From Octopus sinensis (Eukaryota): 62,545 bases of DNA. A program made the translations under genes and the position numbers. The stretch lies in NCBI RefSeq assembly GCF_006345805.1, contig NW_021832243.1, forward strand, positions 1 to 62,545, written 5' to 3'. Shown here piece by piece: positions 54,119 to 62,545 of this stretch (within the stretch, counting starts at the first letter, position 1; each line of letters begins with the position of its first letter). The notes below the pieces were generated by a model, which saw nothing but the letters and a program-made list of their open reading frames with translations, was not told where the DNA came from and did not search any database.

Positions 54119-54254
54119 TAACAAATAGGTAGAATAGTTACAACACCGAATAAAAGGCCCCTGTGACACCTGTTCCACCGCTTTACCTCCTAAATTCAAA
54201 TTCTGTCGAGGTTATCTTTGCTTTCACTAACACCAACCCACATTGCATCTTTTA

Positions 54255-54628
54255 TCTTTTACTTGCTTCGGTCATTAAACTGCGGCTATGCAGAAGAATT
54301 TTGAGTCGAATGAATCCACCTTAGTACTTATACTTCTTTAAGCCTGTTACTAATTCTATCGAACTCTTTTGCCGATCCACTAAGTTACGGGGACACAAAC
54401 ACACCAACGCCAGCTGCCAAGCAGCGGGGAGGACAAACACTGATTCAAGGACACACACATACATACATGAAGGGCTTATTTCAGTTTCCGTCTACCAAAT
54501 CCACTCCCAAGGATTTGGTCGGCCCAAGGCTATAGTAGAAGACTCTATCCCAAAGTGCCACGCTGTGGGACTGAATCCGGAACCATGTGATTGAAAAGCA
54601 TGCTTCTTATCACACATCCACGCCTGCG
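54255..54628 (-). mobile_element. SINE family 1, diverged
   Basis: Homologous to 1939-2348 with many substitutions. Confidence 0.8.
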
Positions 54629-54692
54629 ATGGAGTAAAGTACTAGTTATGTACTGGAGTCAATGTAATCCTCTCACTTCAAAATAACTCGTC

Positions 54693-54922
54693 TTTACTCT
54701 TTTACTCTTTTACTTGTTTCAGTCATTTGACTGTAGCCATGCTGGAGCACCGCGTTTAGTCGAGCAAATCGACCCAAGGACTTATTCTTTGTAAGCCTAG
54801 TACTTATTCTATCGGTCTGTTTTGCCGAACCGCTAAGTTACGGGGACGTAAACACATCAGCATCGGTTGTCAAGCGATGTTGGGTGAACAAACACAGACA
54901 CACAAACACGTACACACACACA

Positions 54923-55014
<92 letters not shown>

Positions 55015-55188
55015 CACATATATACGACGGGCTTCTTTCAGTTTCCGTCTACCAAATCCACTCACAAGGCATTGGTCGGCTCGAGGCTATACTAGAAGAC
55101 ACTTGCCCAAGGTTCCATGCAGTGGGACTGAACCCGGAACCATGTGGTTCGTAAGCAAGCTACTTACCACACAACCACTCTTACGCCT
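54693..55188 (-). mobile_element. SINE family 1 with an expanded internal (TA)n
   Basis: Homologous to 1939-2348. Confidence 0.9.
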
Positions 55189-55229
55189 AAGGTGTGACGC
55201 CTACGCCTATGGTCTTCCGCCTAAATCAG

Positions 55230-55720
55230 AAACCATTATCTGTAAGACCGATTATAGCGGATCTTGACGAATAGCAATAAATATGTTTTCAACATATTCA
55301 TCCATTTCTTCAGTATATCAATTTACTGTGGTATCGTTTTGTCGGAAATGGTCTTACAACACCAGTCGGATCTTGTCTTCAATAGACTGTATTATCAAAG
55401 ATTCTCCGACGTTATGTCTCTTCGATCAGCTGCGGTTAATCCATCTTCATTCTTTGCATTTTGTTTTTTAAATGATGTAAATATTGTACAACAATGTAGG
55501 AAACTTTTCATACAATTCTTCAAAATATTCGAAAGGTTAATATTAAATTTATAAATGTTCAGTATCAAAACGTTCTCGTAAGAGAATGCCTTGTGGCACA
55601 CTAAACACATTCGAAGAGATTTAAGAGATTCCACTTTCAAATATTTTAGTAAATAACCACAAGCATAATACTTTTTATGAATATCTTCAGTCATACTGAA
55701 GATAAATTCCAACACAGTGT
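55230..55720 (-). mobile_element. Old hAT (Buster-like) transposase N-terminal fragment
   Basis: KKYYACGYLLKY..RMCLVCHKAFSYE..NEDGLTAA, followed by decayed sequence parallel to the hAT at 14300-14740. Confidence 0.55.
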
Positions 55721-55971
55721 CAAAACTCTCACTAATACAATGACAGGAGGAAATTAGAACTCCTTCTCTAATCGGTAAACATACATCTTCTTAATTCATA
55801 CTTCACACCGCCTCTAACAGCATTTATCTTGAAGTAATCTGAATTAACTCAGGTACATTGAAGTCACCAGCCGTTCTTACTAAGGTAATGAAATAGAAAA
55901 TACGAGACAAAGAGAGGAAAACATTGGTTTTGATAAGCATCTGTTTCCTCCACGTATGTATCCTTATTGTA

Positions 55972-56056
<85 letters not shown>

Positions 56057-56085
56057 GTCTATCTATCTATCTATCTATCTATCTA

Positions 56086-56130
<45 letters not shown>

Positions 56131-56131
<1 letters not shown>

Positions 56132-56893
56132 ATCATATCAAAGAGAAATGGAAATTAATTAAAATTTACATTTCCAGTGATCTAGGGTGTAAAAAAATTA
56201 GTCCAAAAGACTATATATTAGTCATACGATATAGTGCATATTTAAACACATGAGGAATCCACTTACAGGAATTCAACACGCTAGGCTCTATAACCATAAA
56301 AAATTAGAGATAAAATTCGACAGGAACGAAATGAAAACTAAAAAATATTTTACCATCAAGTTTCCTGGACCAATTGGTTTCTGATTTTAGTTTCGCGAGT
56401 CAAGGAACTCGCCAGGTGCGATCTTCTTCAACAGGATCACCTAGGGTTAAACGTATACACACGGGGCGATCAAAACTACTTGCCCCGTATTTATATGTCC
56501 TAACCTTTTCAAAATCTACTGCGCAACCGCAGTCCTTCGCCGGCAATAAAAAAGCCAACTTTTAAAACCGAAAAACTTACAATATTTAATCATATCAATA
56601 TTTAATATATCAATATTTAATCATATTTAATCATATCAATATTTATATGTATCAATATTTAATCATTTTACGTCCTAACTTTTCCAAAATCTACTGCGCA
56701 GCCGCAGTCATTCGCCGGCAATAAAAAAAGCAAACTTTTAAAACCGAAAATTATCCCAAAAACTTACAATATTTAATCATATCAAAGGGAAATGGAAATT
56801 AATTAAAATTTACATTTCCAATGGTCTAACGTGTAAAAAAAACTAGTCCAAAAGACTATATAATAGTCATACGATATAGTGTATATTTAAACA

Positions 56894-56895
<2 letters not shown>
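56131..56895. repeat. Nested direct repeats (56131-56250 vs 56776-56895; ~56495-56600 vs ~56670-56785)
   Basis: Two distinct ~100-120-bp modules each occur twice, separated by (atatttaatc/atatcaat) mini-repeats. Confidence 0.75.
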
Positions 56896-56941
<46 letters not shown>

Positions 56942-56945
56942 AATA

Positions 56946-56982
<37 letters not shown>

Positions 56983-57065
56983 GTGGATGTTTTGTTGTCC
57001 CTTTTGTATCACCTAGTTGTCCGGATGTTTTGCGTTCTTGTTCCATATATATATATATATATATA

Positions 57066-57190
57066 TATCACCGTGATCACCGTGACCGACCAGGCTATCA
57101 TATGTTGTTACACATCGCTGGTCACAATGCGCTTCGCATTGTTTTAGCCTTGAAATGACGCCACCCCGCTGGCTAAGCGAGCAGGCCAAT
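57066..57190 (-). mobile_element. Probable SINE 3' fragment
   Basis: GC-rich tcaccgtgatcaccgtgaccgaccaggc.. block between (TA)n runs. Recognised from recall only. Confidence 0.4.
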
Positions 57191-57207
57191 ATATATATAT
57201 ATATACA

Positions 57208-57418
57208 TACAGGGTGTCCCAGAAGTCCCACACCGTCCTGTTTTTTTTTAAATACAACTTTATTGATTTCAAAAACACGTAATTGAAAAGAATCATACCA
57301 AACGCTCAAATTGAGCGCCCTCTGCAATAAGAATGCATCAATTATAAAAATAAAATAAATTGCGAGAATTCTTTTTAATGAAAACCAGAATGGAGCGCGA
57401 CTTCTTGGACACCTTGTA
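57208..57418. mobile_element. Tc1/mariner MITE with TA TSD
   Basis: TIRs TA-cagggtgtcccagaagtc and gacttcttggacaccttg-TA. Confidence 0.85.
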
Positions 57419-57712
57419 TATGTGTGCATATATGTATGTCTATATACTTGTATGTATATGTGAGTATATATATATATAAACAATTCCAAAACACACATAT
57501 ATATATACATGCGTGAATGTATACACCTAGGTTCATGTATTTAGTTCTTAGGGAAGGAAAGGTAAAGAGAAAAGAAAAAGAGAGAGAAGAAAGAGAAGAG
57601 CTAGGGAGAGAAAGAATTCGTTATAGGGATTAGATATATCCAGTCCGTCACACTCAGACACACGCATGTACATATACATACACACACATACACACACACT
57701 CACACACACACA

Positions 57713-58017
57713 GTGGAGGCACATGGCCTAGTGGTTAGAGCAGCGGACTCGCGGTCGAAGGATCGCGGGTTCGAATTGCAGACCGGGCGATGTGTGTGTT
57801 TATGAGCGAAAAAATCCTAAACTCCTCGCGGCTCCGGCAGAAGGTAACGGCGAACTTCTGCTGACTCTTTTTCCACAACTTTCTCTCACTCTTTCCTCCT
57901 GCATCTTGCAGCTCACCTGCAACGGACTGGCGTCCCGTCAAGGTGGGGAACCTATACGCGAAGGAAACCGGGAAACCGGCCCTTATGAGCCAGGCATGGC
58001 TTGAGAAGGAACAAACA
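57713..58017 (+). mobile_element. SINE family 3
   Basis: Homologous to 15050-15348. Confidence 0.85.
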
Positions 58018-59288
58018 TACAGGCGTTGGAAAAAATAATGTAAACATCTTAAAATTTCAAACAAATTTATTTTAATATGGGGTAGGACCGCCTTTAGCAG
58101 TAATTTACACCTTCAATTCTACTAGGTATGGACTTGCACAAAGTTTGAATTTGTTTCCAAAGGAATTTTTGTCCATTCTTCAGCAAGAACGGTCTCCAGT
58201 TCTTGTAGTGATGATGGTGGAGGATGTTGACTCCTTACTTGTTTTTCTAAATTGCGCCATAAATGTTCAACAATATTGAGACCTGGAGACTGTGGTGGTC
58301 AGATAAGATGTTCGACTTCACTAGAATGTCTCTCGTGCCATTCAATTACAACTTTAACAGTGTGAATTAGTATATTATCATCCTGAAAGATTGTATACCA
58401 GATTGTATTTCCAAAGAAACAGTTCTGCAACCATAGGATGAATTTGATCAGATAAAATATTTAAATAGTCTTGACTATTAATTCTGCCATGAAGGGAAAC
58501 CGTTGGGTCGGCGGATTTCCAAGATATAACCCTCTACCCAGATCATCACAAAGCTTCTTCCATGTTTATCAGTTGAAAGAAGGCAGTCTGGATCAAATGC
58601 TTCTTATGGGTGTCTCCACACGTATATTTGGCCGGTGGTCGGAAATAAGGTAAAGAATGACTCATCCGAGAAAATAACATTCTTCCACTGCTCTAGGGAC
58701 CAATGTAGGTTTTTACTCCACTCTAAATGCTTTGCAACGTTTGATTTTACAAGTAGTAGTTTTCTGATTGCAGCCCTCCCGTGAAATCCGACTTTGTGCA
58801 GCTCCTGGCGAACAGTTTTTGTGGAAACTGGGTTATCGAGGTGGTCCTTAATCTCTGCAATAATTTTGGAACAGTACTTTTGTGATCCTCTCTAACAATT
58901 CGCTTAAGAGTCCGACGTTCTCTGTATGAAAGTTTTGTTTCGACGTGGAGGTTTTTCCCTCTTTCTCAAAGGCTGTCATTACTTTCGAGACAGTACTTCT
59001 TGATACACAAAACATTTTGGCTATTTTCGTTACACTAGCGCTTGCCATACGAACACCAACAATTTGAACTCTTCGAAAGTCCGATAGATCTGTCATTTTA
59101 ATGAATCTTAATTACCTTTTTCTGATGATATCTGAAAACAAACAGCAATTTTAGCAAAACATATTAAGCAACGCTAATAATAAATAAAAAAACATAAAAA
59201 TAAACAAGTTTTTGACAGTTTTATAGATATTTCAAAATTATGATGCTATGATGTTAGGTGTTTCCATTATTTTGTCCAACCCCTGGTA
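58018..59288 (-). mobile_element. Full-length decayed Tc1-like transposon (DD34E)
   Basis: TIRs caggcgttggaaaaaataatgtaaacatc and (reverse complement) ccaggggttggacaaaataatggaaacacc with TA ends. MTDLSDFRRVQIVG..VSRSTVSKV, NVIFSDES, FQDDN, SPGLNIVEHLW, GGPTPY* at ~58074-59096. Confidence 0.9.
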
Positions 59289-59529
59289 TATTCAGAGACA
59301 CCCACGCAATCCTCAAATAGTAGATTTCATTGACTTCAGTGTTGTATCTGCTTACATAATGTTCTATCTGCCGACACGTTCATCACGTTGCTTCTAGATT
59401 TTCTCTCTTCGTGTCTCGTTCTCTAGATCACTTCTCTGTAATCAAGGGAACTCGCAATGCAACGTAGAAACGAGTAACGGAAACGGACAAAATAAATAAG
59501 CTTCGCAGATTTCCTTTTAACAGTTTACA

Positions 59530-59690
59530 TCAGGGTGGGAGATTGGCAGAATCGATAGGGCGGCAGAGAGAATGTTAAATTGTATTTATCACACCTCTTC
59601 ACATTCGGAGTTCAAATTCCGCCGAGTTCAACTTTATCTTTCATCCTTCCTGGCTTAATAAAATAAAGCACCATTGAAGTACTAGAGTTA
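59530..59690 (+). mobile_element. SINE family 4, diverged
   Basis: ttggcagaatcg..gagttcaaattccgccgag..tttcatcctt. Confidence 0.65.
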
Positions 59691-60191
59691 ATTTAACTGA
59701 TTGTCTATCTGTAGGAGAATATAATTAACGATTCTGGTAAATCAGAGACTGATTTCTCGTCTAAATGTGAACCCTCAATAATAAATTGATAAACATTTTG
59801 GAATACATCAGTCTATAGATTTACTTTAATTTTTGTGGCTAACAAAGACAACGTCTTTGAGCAGAAATATAGATTACAGTCAGTTCTGATAAGATTCCCA
59901 AAGGAATCTCAACTAGTAAGATTGATACCACTTTCTCCGTTCAGGAATTTGATTCCACTAAAGAACAGAGCACTGCTGGTTACAGGTCTGTTCTCTATTT
60001 ATCTCATTTTAATTTACACACGTAATGTCGTCTGAATACACACACACAAAAAAGTTTATATCTGTGTATATATGTGTGTATATAGTATATATATATATAT
60101 GCATATTATATATATGTGTGTGTGTATGCCTGATGCATAAATATATATATATATGTATAATCACATAACTGTGTGGGTGTATGAAATATAG

Positions 60192-60256
<65 letters not shown>

Positions 60257-60464
60257 ATATTATATATATATATATATATAATATATATATATATATAGTA
60301 TATATATATATTTGAACATAAATACCCACCACGTAGTTCTTTTAAGTCTATAATGAACGCAGAACAAAGTCACATTATTATTAATATTGATGCTTTTAAA
60401 ATGTTAATGCTTTTATGCTGCAAATTCTATTTAATTTTTACTCCAGTAATTGTAAATTATTGGT

Positions 60465-60513
60465 GTGGATGTACGCATGTATATACCATACCCATATGCA
60501 TACATACAACACA

Positions 60514-60555
<42 letters not shown>

Positions 60556-60613
60556 ACTATCTATCTATCTATCCATCCATCCATCCATCCATCATCCATC
60601 CATCCATCTATCT

Positions 60614-60678
<65 letters not shown>

Positions 60679-60709
60679 ATACTTACCTACCTATCTATAT
60701 GTCTGTCTT

Positions 60710-60785
<76 letters not shown>

Positions 60786-60963
60786 CTATCTGTCTGTCTA
60801 TCTATCTACCTATCTATCTACCTATCTACATTTGTGTACATTGATACATATATGTGTATGTGTGTATGTGTGTGTGTGTAAATTATGCGTGCATAGATAT
60901 TATACACGCATGTATTACCTATAATTATATTATATATATGTATATATATTTATTTATATATAT

Positions 60964-61029
<66 letters not shown>

Positions 61030-61050
61030 TATATATATCTAATATATATA
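60465..61050. repeat. (TATC)n/(TCCA)n/(TA)n microsatellite
   Basis: Direct reading. Confidence 0.95.
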
Positions 61051-61832
61051 TATATATATATATATTCAAACACTTACACACACAGATACATGTATATGAT
61101 TTTTACATAGAGTATATTTTACGTTTTATCCATATACATATACTCTTGTCATATCCATGTATTTGAATGTATGCGGATATCCACACTCATACATATATAT
61201 ATGCATACACACTCGCTCACACACACACACACACGCGCGCGCGCGCACATTTAAAACGTTATCTTTAATGAAACATGTCTAGCACGCACATGTATATAAA
61301 TCACGTATGTGTATATGTATGTACATATTTATGCTAGCTACACAGATACACACACACATACAAACACACATATACACACACAAATGTATGTGTCTGTGTA
61401 TGTGTGTGTGCGTGCGTGCGTGTGTTTTGAACTAGACATATTTGATTAAATATAGCTGACAGTTTTTATTTCGTTAAATTATATCTTTGATTCAATGAAC
61501 TTTTTTTTTCTAGACAGATAAATAAACCAATTAAAACATAAGTAAATATATAACAATAACCATATTCGAACTCCATTAATTTTTATAATTATCTAGTTTT
61601 ATTTTTTGTCTGTTTATTTTATTTTCACAGACTTTAGAATTCGTTACTTGATATTTTGATACCCACTCAACTAAATATGTTTATGAAGATTGAATCGAAG
61701 ACAAACATAGTATTATTATTATTATTATTATTATTATATTATTATTATTAGTAGTAGTAGTAGTAGTAGTGGGAGCAGCAGCAGCATGATAAGTCTTAAT
61801 GTTTTATTTTTCCATTAGAAAGGAAACTCCAT

Positions 61833-62250
61833 GGATATTTTCGGTTTGAACGGCAGTTTTTTCTAGCGGTGTCATATGAAATTGTCACCCATTATTATGA
61901 CCCTAGTATCGATCTATTGCATTTCAATCTGTTTAAGGGTTAGGGTTAGGGGTGGGGGGAAGGGTATCTTTTTTTCTTCAGAAATGTAAATAAACCCAAT
62001 CTGTTTCTTAAACGAGGGACATATTCATACGGCGCAGAATGTTTTCACCTCAATAGACGTCATTGATTGGTTGAAATTGCAGAAATTGAAGAAAAAAACA
62101 ACAACAAATATCTTAAAACTATAGAATTTTCTCAATAAAGCCAAGAGTAAAAGATGTTTTATAGACACATTCTACCAGTATACGAAGTTTAAAAGTGTTT
62201 AGTTACGTGGAAATTATTTTAAAAAACTGCCGTTCAAACCGCAAAGATCC
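61833..62250. mobile_element. Non-autonomous TIR transposon with an 8-bp TSD (Merlin-like; hAT not excluded)
   Basis: 30-bp TIRs GGatattttcggtttgaacggcagtttttt and aaaaaactgccgttcaaaccgcaaagatCC. TSD aactccat at 61825-61832 and 62251-62258. Confidence 0.85.
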
Positions 62251-62545
62251 AACTCCATATGTTGTCGACTTGAGGTGTGAAAGAAGATAAGATTATTATT
62301 AACAATTGGAGAAATCAAATACAACAATAATCTCGACGAGATTTGAGCTGTGCTCACAATCCTCATTGTATTATATTTGGCGGGGCCGGTGACCACAGTC
62401 CAATGACAAATAGCCAACAAAGCTGCACCCTTTAAGGGCCTGTGTCTACTGCTTTCCATGAAAAAAACATTATTGATTTACAGAGGCGTGATCTAAACAG
62501 CTATAATATCAACTTCTTGATGTTCTCGGCCCGCGGACCATATCC

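Noticed and set aside
61937-61952. Telomere or interstitial telomeric fusion site
   Set aside because: Only two TTAGGG units, and they are inside a TIR element.
62214-62545. 81-aa ORF at the window end
   Set aside because: It runs into the MITE, has no recognisable domain and no supporting splice signals.

Overview
AT-rich, repeat-dominated eukaryotic DNA. The SINE families and microsatellite load suggest a coleoid cephalopod, probably Octopus; this rests on my recognition of the repeats, not on a search. No host protein-coding gene can be supported, and most ORFs in the supplied track are translations of microsatellites or SINEs. Retroelements: a ~7 kb nest of R4/Dong-like elements in (TAA)n arrays, two Tx1-clade LINE copies each bracketed by (TATC)n, a tandemly duplicated RTE 3' end, Penelope-like elements, a CRE-like fragment and at least five tRNA-derived SINE families. 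DNA elements: a decayed Helitron Rep/Pif1 element with a hairpin-CTAG end, two non-autonomous Helitrons, two hAT/Buster relics, several Tc1/mariner elements and a Merlin-like MITE. The most striking signal is hidden RNA structure. A Penelope GIY-YIG 3' end (43685-44564) is flanked by inverted ~205-bp repeats, each holding a type I hammerhead ribozyme fold with an unusually long stem II; the minus-strand copy has an intact core and a GUC site. A second family of minimal hammerhead-like motifs, all with U at core position 6, includes a 280-bp tandem pair. Other unexplained structure includes a ~1 kb palindrome and an exactly 34-bp-phased TGACGT repeat-spacer array. Coordinates were counted by hand and may be off by a few bases.
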